Source: Octopus vulgaris
Lineage: Eukaryota
Assembly (NCBI GenBank): GCA_951406725.2
Contig: OX597817.1
Coordinates: 17,670,001-17,734,000 of the forward strand
Reading direction: 5' to 3'
Length of the DNA: 64,000 nt
Shown: one piece after another, positions 13,306-26,700 of the stretch
Position numbering within the stretch: position 1 is the first letter of the stretch
How the letters are laid out: every line of letters starts with the position of its first letter
Notes under the pieces: model-generated
Database searches by the model: none
Told to the model about the DNA's origin: nothing
What the model saw: only the letters and a program-made list of their open reading frames with translations
Program-made: the position numbers and the translations under genes

Positions 13306-14045
13306 TTCATTGTACAGTTGAGAACAGTTGATATGAAAGAAGAGTATTCAGATGTAAAGGATATCTAAAAGGAATTTGCTTAAACATTTCCTAGACATTT
13401 TGTTTTTAATTTGCAAACTCATCTGACAAGAATCAGCAAAATAAAAAAAAAAAGTATGTTTAGGTGGATCATATTAAAAAAGGGGAAAACATCCCAACAG
13501 TATAATTTAATATTATATAAACATTATTTACCCAAGTAGAAGAGTACTGATAATCATTTTCAAAAAAAATCTAACCCAATGTTCTAGTCACAGCAATACC
13601 ATGAGGCTACTATTGTGTAGCTATACCAACTAAGGATATCAATGACTTGAAAACACCTATGATATTAAGAGAGACATTTTTTAAAATTATATTTGACACA
13701 CATTAGCTTAACAAAAGTTGAAGCAACAGAAAAAAAGTGATTGCATATTCTTTAGTTTTAACTTCAACTCAAAAGACTATTTTAGCAGCTAAAATACCAA
13801 ACTACACTTTATGACAAACATGTCATTGGATGCAATAAATTTCCTATACATGTTCAAGGATAATAAAACTTAGAAAGGAAACCAAAATTATGGTTAATTA
13901 TTAAATTGATATGTATTAACTATGAGTTATCTGTAACCACAAATTGTGCACTTTGCACAATTTAAGTTTAAAAGTAACTGATAGTTATAGTGAGAAAAGT
14001 ATAAAAAGAAGTAATTATGACAACTTAATAGAAACCAGAATTTCA

Positions 14046-14273
14046 TTAACCCTTTAGTGTTCACATTATTCTGCCAAAATTAATCCTTTTTTATCTAAAT
14101 TGTTTTGAACTAATCATGCATTATCTTGAATCTATGAGATTTTGATGAGGTACCTGTAATTTTTAAAACGATATTGTAGGGTTAGTGTGAGAGACCAGAT
14201 CTGGTCAGTTTGACCATAAAACAGGCAGAATACTTTTGGCTGGATATGGCCAGTTTAAATGCTAAAGGGTTAA
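14046..14273. mobile_element. TTAA-flanked (piggyBac-like) MITE
   Basis: TTAA-CCCTTTAG...CTAAAGGG-TTAA; related copies at 664-855 (truncated), 19063, 29512 and 61548. Confidence 0.8.
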
Positions 14274-14770
14274 ATGTTTGCCATTTTACTATGTCTAGAC
14301 CTGAAGGATTCAAATGATAAACAGAAAATAAAGAAATCTCTGATTAAATTCAAATAGGAATATATTTCTAATTAAATCGTTTTTATTCCAATTTGTATAC
14401 CATCCAATGATATAGAGTAATTTAATTATGAACTTAAGGAGTATGAAGTTAGTGATGTAGTTTAAATGTTAGTAAAGCATATTTATTGGTTTCGAAAATA
14501 GGTGGTTGTCATGAGGGGGGATGTTAGTGATAGCAGCTGTCAAGTTACTATTAGCTTATCTAAATGGATATGTATTTTATATTTTGTCATAATATTCAAG
14601 TAGGATGAAGTGTATAGTAACAAAAACACCTAAAATTGTAGATAATAACAGCTAGATTAATATTAGCACTTGACTTTGTTTCCTTTTTCATTAACTTTAA
14701 ACTGGTCATCCTTGCAACTCCTATACAGTTCTGTAACTATACTAAATAAACCAACTATAATTTATTATAT

Positions 14771-14925
14771 TTAACCCTTTCGTTACTGTATTTCTATTGA
14801 GATGCTCTGTTTCTTTCAATTATTTTAAATATAACAAAGAATTTAGTAAAATAATTTATCATCAAGCTAGTGAAAAACCTATGAAAACAAGACATTTGTA
14901 CTACAGAACCCTACAAAAGGGTTAA
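14771..14925. mobile_element. TTAA-flanked MITE, second subfamily, internally deleted
   Basis: TTAACCCTTTCGTTAC...AAAGGGTTAA; inverse homolog of 44548-44775. Confidence 0.7.
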
Positions 14926-16977
14926 ACAATAACCAAATCAGTTCTCAAGCCTGGTAATGCCCCTGAGACATGAAAAATTGGAAATAATGTTTCTTATAGA
15001 TAAGCAATATATTGATACAGTTTACCACCACTGATATGTTTCTAACAAATTCTCGCTGAGAGCTGGGTACTTGTTTTGTTCCTTACAGCCATTTCAACTG
15101 TAAAATATTGCAATACTGCAGGACAATATGAAGTTCATTGCACTCCGGTTTCATCTTTGTCCAAGAAAGATTATTATAAATGAAATAAATTTTAGTTGCT
15201 TCAAGTCACTGTTTCTTAATCTTTTTTTTTATTATCCAGCATGCCTTCCTTACCAGTTTGTTGCTTTAAGTCATTGCTTCTTAATCTTTTTTTTTTCTGG
15301 CATTCCCTCCTTACCAGTTTACTATCTAACCCTGTTTCCCATATATTAAGAAAAAATTAGTCGTGTAAAAAATCAACACCAAGAAAAAATGAATTCAATG
15401 TAAATAAATTTTCAACCTAAAAGCAATCTTGCCACTTGAATGAATGCTTTAAATTTCCTCCAGGTTAAGAATTGTACCTTTAAACAAGAATTCAATATAA
15501 TCTACATTTGTCAATGTGGCTTGCTTAAGAAATGTGATTTATACTTATAGTATTCGGGTTCATGGTTGGGAACAAATAAAGAAAATCAAATTCAAAAACA
15601 TCAAACGGATGTAAATAACATATCAGAATATTTGCAATGGTAAAATGACATGGTATAGAATGAAATAGGAGGAAACCACATCAGACTCTGCTGCATGGGA
15701 TTCCACAGGATCTTGTGATAAACATTAAGCCCCTTCCCAAAACAAAATTTTACAAGAGTGTGAAGGTAATCAGACATGCACATACATGCACGCACACGCA
15801 CACACTCACTCACTGAAAATGATTGGATCACAACCAGAGTTTATTCTTAGGTAAAATACCTATGAAAACATCAACAATTAGCAACAGTAATTTACAATTA
15901 CAATATGTGATTAGTTTGTTTTTTGTTAAGTTTTCTTAATTTCCTTCCCTAATATTTATAGTTTGAATAAAATAAGTCTTCAAATCTATCTATGTATTTA
16001 TTATTTAATTCAGAAATATTATTGAATTATTTTTTATATCATCTTTAGAGAGGTTTAGAAAAATTAAACAAAAAAAAATTAAAAGAAGTCAATGAATTGA
16101 TTTATAAGATTCACACTTTCTTTTCAAATCAATATAGTTGGTATGTCTAAATTCAGCTAAGTCCAATTTTGACACAAATCAAATGATAAATATTGATTTT
16201 AATGTAAATATATTTTCCTGATGTTAGATTTTAAGGATATTTAATCATATGCAATAAATGTAGATCACACTTTTATCAGATGAGCTTAATCGCTTGTTTA
16301 CTATAAATATAGTTAATCATTATTTAAATACTTTAGATTCGTAAACACTTGAATCTCTGAACAATTTTATGAAAATAGAAATATTTTTTTTCTTTCATAA
16401 CTTACATTTTTGAAGTAAGACAGTTAAGTATCTAACTGCAAATGAATCCTAATAATATAGTACCTGATACCTATTTGAGGATGAAAAATGCTTTACAATT
16501 CAAATGTATGCAGTACTAGCCTAATAAATTTTGAACAGAAATGATTGTATAAAAAGGCTTAAAGCAACCACCAACTAAGTTTTACATCACTGACAACTGT
16601 ACGATGCTGTGATAAAATTCAAAACTTTATATTATAAAAAGTAATGACAAGTGTTATAAATAATCACTATATATATATATATATGTATATATAATGTTGC
16701 TGCCTTGCGCAATCAGTCAATGTTGTTTTCTAAATCTTTATACATATGCACATGTTCGACATTTATATATATATATATATATATATACATATATATAAAA
16801 CATACACATACACACACAAATATATTGCATGTGTGTGTGTGGGTTTGCTAGTATATAGTACCAGTATGCAGAAACAGTTTGTGAACTGTGAAACAAGTTT
16901 GAATGTACTCTTTATTTACAAACATATCAGTATTTATGAGTGTATATTGATACTTTGAGAGATGCATCAAGATGTTT

Positions 16978-17250
16978 TTAATCAAGTGATATGACATCAG
17001 GTTGATTGAGTTGGTTGAGGTTTGAATTCAAACAGTCAGATGAAGTAGTGACAGCGATGGAGTTGGTCATAACTGTGGTAGGTAAGGGTGGATGGCTATG
17101 ACTGATGCTGCTGCTGCTCTTACACCCGCTACTATTGCTGCTGCTGCTGCTAATACTACTACTGCTGTTACTGCAGCTACTACTGCTATTCATGCTGGAT
17201 ACAATGTTACTGTTTGGGGGATAGCCTGGTATACCAATCAAGTTAGATAT
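16978..17250 (-). CDS. PIAS: PIAS terminal coding exon, Ser-rich, ending QPDVISLD-stop
   Basis: ttctgttctatttctctag acceptor in phase 0; C-terminal PDVISLD matches the PIAS1-type PDIISLD terminal SIM; TAA at 16978-16980. Confidence 0.88.
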   Translation of the reverse strand: MSNLIGIPGYPPNSNIVSSMNSSSSCSNSSSSISSSSSNSSGCKSSSSISHSHPPLPTTVMTNSIAVTTSSDCLNSNLNQLNQPDVISLD

Positions 17251-17402
17251 CTAGAGAAATAGAACAGAAAAATAAAACATTTTCTTTCAAAATGCATGTA
17301 AAAAGTGATCATTGTGTAAATGCTATACAGTTCTATTAAAAGTTCCTAAGGATTTTGTGAGACCATATCCCAATTCAACAAAAAAAAAAAAGTCAATGAA
17401 TT

Positions 17403-17620
17403 GACGGCGAGCTGGCAGAATCGTTAGCGCGCCGGGCGAAATGCGTAGCCGTATTTCGTCTGCCGTTACGTTCTGAGTTCAAATTCCGCCGAGGTCGACT
17501 TTGCCTTTCATCCTTTCGGAGGTCGATAAAATAAGTGCCAGTTATGCACTGGGGTCGATGCAATCGGCTTAATACCTTTGTCTGTCCTTGTTTATCCCCT
17601 TGTGGGTAATAAAGAAATAC
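17403..17620 (+). mobile_element. SINE family B (GGCGAGCTGGCAGAATCGTTAGC...GAGTTCAAATTCC...CTTTCATCCTTTCGGAGGTCGATAAA)
   Basis: A-box and B-box-like motifs; homologous copies at 1075-1306, 2764-2976 and 39757-39963 (all minus). Confidence 0.8.
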
Positions 17621-18056
17621 ATATCCCAATTCAAATGTAGGATTGTGATCTCATAATTTAAATCTATTGAATGAAGGCTAGTTGTCTATGCTACAAAATC
17701 AAAGCATCTAAGATCATTGAAGAAGATCTCGTAAGGTGCGCTAATATGATAAATGATAATGGTAAATATAATATAGAAAACTATGTTCATTTTTAAATTT
17801 ACATATTTGTCCTCTTTAAATGTTTTTTCCAGAATTTAATTTTGGCATTTCTGAATTTCATTCATTTTTGATTGCATCTGATCTTTCTCTTGTGAGGCAA
17901 TGGAATACAGTTGTCAGTTTCTCTTGTCTCAAAATGTTCTTGAGATAAGTCAGATTGCTGGTGCTGGTTTTGGTTCCTTTGCTTTATTTTCCATTTCAAT
18001 CACCATTACAGGTGAACTAGAAGCATAAATAACTTGTATCCATATGTGTGTATGCT

Positions 18057-18087
<31 letters not shown>

Positions 18088-19062
18088 TACACACACACAT
18101 ATGTATACATATCAAACTTATAACGTAATACATGTCCTTGGAGTAGTAATTGTGCACGGCTGAAGAAGGCTATTGACATACAAATTACATCAATTATGCA
18201 TTGATATAAACAGTCTAATAAAAGCCAGAAACATATGTACCACTAAATCCTTTGCCTCATTTTTATTTTGATAAATATATATACATATACAAATATAAAA
18301 CAAAAAAAAAAACATACATACATAGTAACCAAGGGAAACAACTAAAATAAGCTTGGTGTTTTCTCTCTGTATATGATATAAGATAATTTAAATATAAAAT
18401 GGCACTTAGAGTGATTATAATTTACTGGTACACGTAGTGTCCCGCTTTGCATAAAAATTCAGCACAGTAGCAAATCTTTGCCTTGAAAATGAGGGCTATA
18501 TAAGGCAGTGGTGCATAAACAAACAACAATATTAATTTCTATACAATATACATTTGTCAATTGCTTTTACGAGAGTAATGAAATATTATTGACCCCATTG
18601 CCAAGAATGAAGTCTCATTCAATTTATGATAGCAGAATTTCATTTAGAATTTAACGAATCCTTCTGAATAACCCCTTTATTTTCAAGAGAGAAATTAGTT
18701 GCTTATGATGGAATATTTTCCAATCTACTATGTACATAACTACACTGAAGCCTAGTCTCACAAGCATAATATTGGGACTGAATAAACTATTGAAAGTGGA
18801 TTGGCTTAAATTAAAGCTATAGCTAAACTTGAATAAATAGTACAGAAACAATAGAATTATTCATTGACATACCGTAGATATAGATTCTCTGTTGGGTTCA
18901 ATGATTGAGTATTCCTGTTGCTCAATCAACAGAACTACCAACTTAATGAATTACAGTGTAAGTGGTTGAGCATACCACAGACACCAGGTACTCAATGTAA
19001 TCTGCAGGCAGTAACTGCATGACAAAACTGAACCTTTGAATAAGTTCAACCTAGTATGCCTA

Positions 19063-19290
19063 TTAACCCTTTAGTGTTTAAACCGGCCATATCAGGCCAA
19101 AATTGTCTCCCTGTTTTATGCTCAAACCAGCCAGCTTTGACCTCTCACACCTACCCTACAAAATCATTCTAAAAATAAACAAGGGCATCATCAAAATCTC
19201 AGAGTTACAAGATGCTGTACAATTAATTTAAAACAATGTAATTAATCAGGCTTTACTTTTGACAGATTAATCTGAATGCTAAAGGGTTAA
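19063..19290. mobile_element. TTAA-flanked MITE
   Basis: TTAACCCTTTAG...CTAAAGGGTTAA. Confidence 0.8.
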
Positions 19291-19497
19291 GGCATACTAG
19301 TTTCTGTGTACTCAAATTTAAAGCCTGGGTTGCCTAGGGGCTATGGTAAAAAAAATGCCATACAGTAGGATTGAACCCAGACATTCAGATTGCAAAGTGA
19401 ACTTCATAAAACACTTGGGTATGCCTGTACCCACAGTTGCAAAAGGTAAAAAAAAAAAATATGATGCACATTGCTATGATTCAAACATTTCACTTAC

Positions 19498-19547
19498 CTC
19501 CATATCATCACTGGCTTCAGGTGATAGCAATGAGTACATGGAGACAT
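19498..19547 (-). CDS. PIAS: PIAS short penultimate exon (DVSMYSLLSPEASDDME)
   Basis: tttcttatctttcatcag acceptor, GAG|GTAAGT donor; phase 1/0 links exons 23445 and 17250 in frame. Confidence 0.75.
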
Positions 19548-22139
19548 CTGATGAAAGATAAGAAACACACACACACATGCATTAATAACTAGAATACAAT
19601 ATTTAAACAAGATACATATTGAAAAATGTCTTGAGAGTCTATAGTAAAAAGAAAAAGAACGATTAAGAATATTTGAACAAGCTGCTGCTTTTCAGATTGT
19701 TAATAACTGAGTGCAGTATTTATGTGTTTTTGTATTAAGCCTAAATCCTAAAGTGTTGTTTAAAGATGACTGTCTAATGTCAGAGGAGTAAGCAAGAAGG
19801 CTTCAAACTGACAAAGGAATTCTGATACCAAAATACATGTATTAAACAGATGTTTCCAAAAATATAAACATTTTAGTGCAAAATTCTCCTGATGAACAAG
19901 TAAAAACTTCAGTGATTTTTAAAAAAAAATAAATACAATAAATTCTAGATTTTTTTAAGGTTTTTGTTTTTCATAATTTTATTAAAATGTCTTCTGAAAT
20001 TTGAAATAGGGGAGAATTTTAAGAAAAAGAACTCACAAAAGATAATTAGTAAATTTAGTGCCTTAAAAGAACAAAATCATGAAATTCAAACAATATAATT
20101 GATTATTCTACATTCAAGTCTGATATAAATTTTTGTAGGCAATATATATATATATATGGAATTTGATAGAAATATAATAATACCAAAAAAAGTCTGAAAA
20201 TGAAGAGCAGAAATTGTGAAATTATAATGAAAATTAGAAAATATTCTGAGCTAAGAACCTGGGAAGGAGTTGAAAGCAGCAGCATATTCTTTGGTTGCAG
20301 ATTTTCACTAAAGATCCAATATCACTGTTGACTAATGCAAATATATGTAAGGCATATATTTTAAGAATAGTTTACAATGCATTTATTAAAAATCAATGTG
20401 CAAAGAAACTACAGGCTTATAATGATATTTGCAAACACACAAAAAGCAGTGTGACACAAAGGAATGATTTACTCTCAAAAGAAATAGAAAATATCTGAGT
20501 TAATGCAGAAAAAAATTTTAAAACATATTGAGTATGTAAATAAACTTGCATACTAAATTAAAAATATATATATAGCTATAGTTTTCTATTTTCTTATATT
20601 TTGCAGCCGGTTTTCAAAATGTAAGGAATTGAGAGTAGAGCAGGCCACTCACTTGAATGTATGTTGCTTGTCACTCAGTGGAACTTCACAACATGCAACG
20701 ACAAGAGTCAACATGACATCAGATTCTCAAGCAGCTGCCATAGCCAAGCCTTCTATGAATTTACCATATCTGTTAGAAATGAGAAAACTAAATCAATGAA
20801 ATCGGGGCATTTTTTCAGCTTTGACCCTTGATTGTTCCAGAGAGAGATGAAATGGATGATAACTAATATATGTTCAACAGAAGTACTACGGAATATTTGA
20901 AATAACCTAAAGGGTAGAATAAGATAACACAAGCAAAGAAAAAAGAAATGGGTTTCAGATTTTAATAGATTTATGGATGTTAATGTATATATGTAAATAT
21001 AAATAAATGAGATGAAGTAAAAAAAAAATTTTTTCTGCTTAGTTTTCTAAGCAATAGAACTGCCTTTTTTCCTCTCTAAATTTTGCTGCATCATTATTTG
21101 TAGACAATTGAAACAACAGCTTGTTCAAAAATACTATGGCACAAAAAAAAAAAAAGAAAAGAAAAAGAAAAAAGAGGGAAAAATACCCAAAATGGCATCC
21201 AAACCTGATATCTCAATTATTATACAGGAGAAATAATGCTAGTTTTAAAAAAATAGCTTAAGTTTTAAGTAGAACATTTTTCTTTTGTTGTATGCATTTT
21301 CTGTTACTTAAGCTAAGTAAATCTTTTTAATAGCAATCTTAGTTTGAGTTTAATAATTAGAAATTAGAGACTAAAGATAAATAAAAACAATTTTGTAATA
21401 TGTATAGTGAGTCTTTGATAAACTTCATATGATTTTTAAAATATAATCTTTCAATATACATTTTGCAATATCATTATTTTGTATGAACTCATCATAAATG
21501 TTTCTACGTATGTATGCATGCATCATGCACACATACATACACATTCAAAAACAGGGCAGATTATAAGGACTTAGGCTATTATCAATGTAAACAATCAAAC
21601 ATAAATAAAAATAAGAACAACAATCATGCACATAACCTGCTACTAATTCATCTTTTAAAGTCGCTGTGTGTCAATGTGAACTTATTTATAAATTAAGTAA
21701 ATAAGATGCAGAAGAAAATAAATAACTTCAACACATTTTTTTCACAAGACAAGTCTTTATTAAAAAAAAAAAAAAAATAATAATAAATATAAATTTAAAG
21801 AAAAATAAGGGGCTGGGAAAGAAAAAGGGGATTCTAGAAACAAATTTTCCAACTGAGTTGCTGGTAATTTTGTGGTCCACATTTTATTTATTGGTGTTAA
21901 AATGAATAAACAGCCACAGGCACACACTCGCACACAACCACACCCCTGAAAACTGAATCCCTCTTAAAACCTGTCTCACCCCTAACTATCAATTTCTGAA
22001 GGTAACAAAACACTAAATATAATAAATATAGTAATTGTCATTGTGAAAACAACAATATTCAGAGTTCAGTAAAATACTTTGCATATGCCTATTGTCTTGA
22101 AATTCTGGATTAATTTAGTTACATATATTTGTTTCATAT

Positions 22140-22532
22140 ACTCTTTACTCTTACTTGTTTCAGTCATATGACTGCGGCCATGCTGGAGCACCGCCTTTAG
22201 TCGAGCAACTCGACCCCGGGACTTATTCTTTTGTAAGCCCAGTACTTATTCTATCGGTCTCTTTTGCCGAACCGCTAAGTGACGGGGACATAAACACACC
22301 AGCATTGGTTGTCAAGCAATGCTAGGGAGACAAACACACACACACGCACATATATATATATATATATATACGACGGGCTTCTTTCAGTTTCCGTCTACCA
22401 AATCCACTCACAAGGCTTTGGTCGTCCCGAGGCTATAGTAGAAGACACTTGCTCAAGATGCCACACAGTGGGACTGAACCCGGAACCATGTGGTTGGTAA
22501 ACAAGCTACTTACCACACAGCCACTCCTGCGC
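22140..22532 (-). mobile_element. SINE family A (PIAS intron, sense to gene)
   Basis: Full head-to-tail match to the family. Confidence 0.9.
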
Positions 22533-23444
22533 CCTGTATACATAAATTTCTATTAAAGCTTTTATTAGATGTGTGGCATATTCAAACCCAGTTCGAATAA
22601 GCCATACTTCTTGTGAAACTTCAAAGTCAAAATATTTTTGATATCAGACTTTAAACTCACAAACCTTTACCAAGTTAATTTTCGCATTTTGATGCATATA
22701 AAAACACTCGCTTTTATTGTGTGTGTGATCTTAAATAATTTTAAGCCGAGGGATTTGAAAGCAACTGCTAATCTCTTCAGAAAATTTAAGTTATCAATCA
22801 ATAATTGCTGAAATGTTCTGATCTTAACAGATTTCACCACCTGGAATTTAGTTCTAACGTTTCATACATTAATTCTTATTTACAATAGTCTAAACATTCA
22901 TTCATATAAATATTTATATTACAATTGAGAGATGATTGCCCATACCATCTAATCAAGCCTACACCTTTTATGCAGCCAGATTACACTAATCAAAATACTT
23001 AAAACAAAAACAAAAAGGCAAGAATAATTCACATACTCTCAGCAGAAATCTTTAACGAAAGAGACAATAATAGTTATGCTAACTAAAAGCAAGAAATAGT
23101 TAATGGGGGGAAAACAATGAGAAAACCTGTTTAAGCTATTTATCCTTAACTCTCAAAGACAGACAAAATGATTGTAACAAGAAAGGAGGAAAAAAAAAGG
23201 AAGAAAAAAAAAAAAAAAACTAATGAAGATGTATCAAGGACTGTCTATGTCCTCTCTGAATATTTGATGATGCCAACCCAAATTTGGAGTCGTTAAAATG
23301 ATTTTTTTTTTTTTTTTTATTGTCCAAATAGTATACTAGTTTTATACCTATATGCACAGAGCTACTGCCATCCAGCAATTGTAGTTTCAAATCTCTCTGC
23401 CATTTTGAGAGGAATTCAGATAGATATAAAGTGAATCTCATTAC

Positions 23445-23731
23445 CCCTTGGGTTTGGTGTTGAAGCTGCTGCTGCCGCTGCCGAACTGGAATTGGCTCCA
23501 GGGAAAACTGGTAGTTTTGTAAAATTTTCAGAAATATCATTAGCTGACAGTTCAGCAAAGTTTGGAGTAGGTGCTATGTACAATGAGTGTGCAGATTTCA
23601 ACACAGGAGATGACCGCGAGCCAAATACTGCTGCAATACTGTTGGAGGTGATAACAGGAAGGGAAGGCTGCGGAAGATATACATTGTTGGAATACGCAGG
23701 AGATGAATTAACTGAAGTCGCAATTGATGAT
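23445..23731 (-). CDS. PIAS: PIAS Ser/Pro/Ala-rich C-terminal exon (SSIATSVNSSPAYSNNVYLPQPSLP...AAAAAASTPNPR)
   Basis: Strong ctttctttatttcttacag acceptor, 287 nt open in phase 2, donor G|GTAATG in phase 1; GC richer than flanks. Confidence 0.75.
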
Positions 23732-26700
23732 CTGTAAGAAATAAAGAAAGAGACAAAACAAACACATTAGCAATAATAAAAAAAAATTTCTTAAGGGTTT
23801 TTTCTTTTTCATCCTTACATATTTTTAAAATTTAAATCCCAATGGAAAATTAGCTTCTCAAATGATTCCTACCTTAGTTATTCTTCCATTTACCCAGGAT
23901 TGTCACGTTTAACCATATCATATAAAATGGAACACTAATAAAATGTTTTGCTATAAAAATAAAGAAACTAATTATCTGGCTATACAGCTATCACACAAAA
24001 TCCTTAAAAAAGGCAGATCTAAAACTGGATTGATTTTGTTAGTAATTTTATAGTAAGGAAACTAGAGAACAAACAAATACTAAGGATTGGGGGGGGGTCC
24101 CCCCCAAAATTCCCGTCACTAATTGTAGAACTTCTGCCTTAGCTTTTATATCAAATCACACAATTAGTAATGAAATTTTTAAATACAATTCCTAATAAGT
24201 TTAAGGAATCGCTTAAGCAAAAAAATTTTAATTATTGGAAAATAGATACATCTAGTTCATTCCAATGAGAACATTCTTTATAATGGGCAAAATATATAAA
24301 AACCAGTAACAGGACCTTGTAATAAGACTATTTAAGGATGCCTATTGCAATAAGCTTATAAACAAGCAATACATGGTGGAGAAAGAATCTCAATGGCTGG
24401 GGGAAATATCTTCACAAGAACACGACCATATTCCTAATAAAATATCAACAGAAATAAGTAATCTTATAAAATAAATTACATGTTGCAGTTCTTTATAGCA
24501 ATCTAAGTATGGACAAATCAGATAGAAAAAAAATTATAGAACTTAACCACATATAAATATATGTATGTGTGCATGTGTATGTACGAGTACTTAATAATAA
24601 TAGTAATAATGAAAGAACATCTGTACTAGGACAAAAAGAAAAAGGATTTCATGTTCCATTCGCAACTTACCTTCATATATATTTTTACAAGCAGTCTTTA
24701 GTATTAAATGTGAGAAATTATTAGTAGTAACACATAGTAAAAATAGTAACTTCAAAACACTTCAATTATTTTGTAAATTTACTTGCGATAGGTTTAAATA
24801 TGTTCTAAACATCATCCAAAGCATTCGAACAATTATCAGTAAAAATATTTTAACAGGATCAAAAGTTTTACTCCCATTCCATATGTTTAACTTTAATCTA
24901 ATGATTCATTAAAGATGGGTTTTCAATAGCTGATTGCATTGAATCTGAGTGGTTAGTAGGTTTTGCTAATCCATCTGAAGAAAAACAAAAAAGTATCTAC
25001 ATCAATTTGAAAATGTTTTGTCTCATTCTTAAGTATATTTATAATCTTTAACTACAACCAGTTAAAGAATCAAATCAATTTAAGAAAAATCTAAAACGTT
25101 TTCATAAAACAATTCAGGTCTTTATAATTCTCCTTGAAGATTAAGATAATCTTTTCTTATCAAAAAAGTAAATTTTTTACAATAAATTTCTGGATTTACA
25201 GAGTAAAAGAAAAAAAAAAAGAAGTTTTTATGTACTTCCAGAGTCAATATGTAAAGCATTCTTAAGAATCAAAACTAGAATCTCAATGACCCAAAAAATT
25301 TACACTGCACCAATGTTCAAAAATAGAACAATAACAACATAAAAGATGATCTTAAAGCATTTTGATGGATATTTCAAGTGATATTGTAGAAAATACTCTG
25401 TCAATTTTTAGTGATTAGGCCTAGCATCTGGGATGTCAATAATAAATATGATGAACATGAAATTTTTCTGAAATGTAAATTAAAAAAAAAAATAATTATG
25501 AGACAAGCAAAACTGTTTCAAACATTTTGCATTATATAATGTCTGCAGAAATATACACACACGTCTCAACAATGATGTTATGGCCTATTTAACAACCAGG
25601 AATAGCTAAGAGGCTATTCTCTGAAGCAGACAATTATATAACAGATATGGAAATGATTAGAACTAGCATCAAACTTGATTTGGGATCACTACAATACAGG
25701 ATGTAGATGTGTCAAATTGATGGCAACACGACCCTGGAGAGGTACCAAACACTGCAGCAGCCTAAAGTTCAATAGATCTTTAGCTAGCTAATAAGTTACA
25801 AGTGTACAAAAGACATCTGCATACAACATATACAGATAACAGATGAATAAACTGCTGAGTAAGATCCTAAATAAATATTGCAGGAAGAATAGACAAGTGC
25901 CACAGACTTGCACTATCAAACACCAGCATATATAATGAACCCACAAGAGGGAATGAGGGATCTTCTATGCGATTACTCGACCTGCTAAATCTCACTCAAA
26001 TAACACCTTACTGTCTCAAAAGGGAAGGGCACTTTAGATAATGTAGTCCACTTTCAGAAAAGAAAGATTAAAAAAGAGAGAGCTATCAAAACTGGAGTGC
26101 CTTTGGTCATAGGCCTGCTCAATCAGGGTTAACCTCGTACTAAACAATACAAGTACAATGGTAATGTTTCAACCAGAAGGCTGAGAGAGAGAGAGTTTGG
26201 AAAGTTCAGCAAAAATAATTCACTGCAAACACATATATATATATATAGTTAAAATGTGTGGTATTTAAGAAAAAAATACGTAATTGTACATAGAGTATAT
26301 TTTGCATATGCCTGACTAAATTAACTTACCTGTAAAAAGAAAAAGATATGTGTGTGTATGTACACACACACACACACAAATAACAGAAGCAATGACCAAA
26401 ATAAATGAAAAATTGTTCACTTAAATTGTTAATATATCTCAAGCACTTGCACAAAACACTCAAATTTTCTATTAAAGTGTTGTACATTTGTAAGCAAATG
26501 AAAACACAACTCAAAGACCTGATAGTTTTTTTAAAAAATACAACTAAACCCAAATATTTAACACAACAGCTGAGAAAAAAGGCATACTGAAAAATTTTTC
26601 AATGTTTTTTCATTAAACAATTACTAGAATATATATATCAAAAGTTAACACTTAAATATTCTTATCAATACATTGAGTAAGCAGTGAATTGTTTTTCAGT

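Larger units (their letters stand above)
11920..16977 (-). other. Putative long (~5 kb) 3' UTR of the long PIAS isoform
   Basis: Lacks young SINEs; ATTAAA (11941-11946, minus) followed ~30 nt downstream by a U-run (11893-11913). A proximal AATAAA also exists at 16911-16916. Inference only. Confidence 0.35.

Noticed and set aside
23492-23737. Plus-strand 81-aa ORF (also 30995-31279)
   Set aside because: Antisense shadows of PIAS coding exons.
24087-24107. TT-G9-T-C7-AA mini-palindrome
   Set aside because: Homopolymer-based, short, no supporting context; may include sequencing error.
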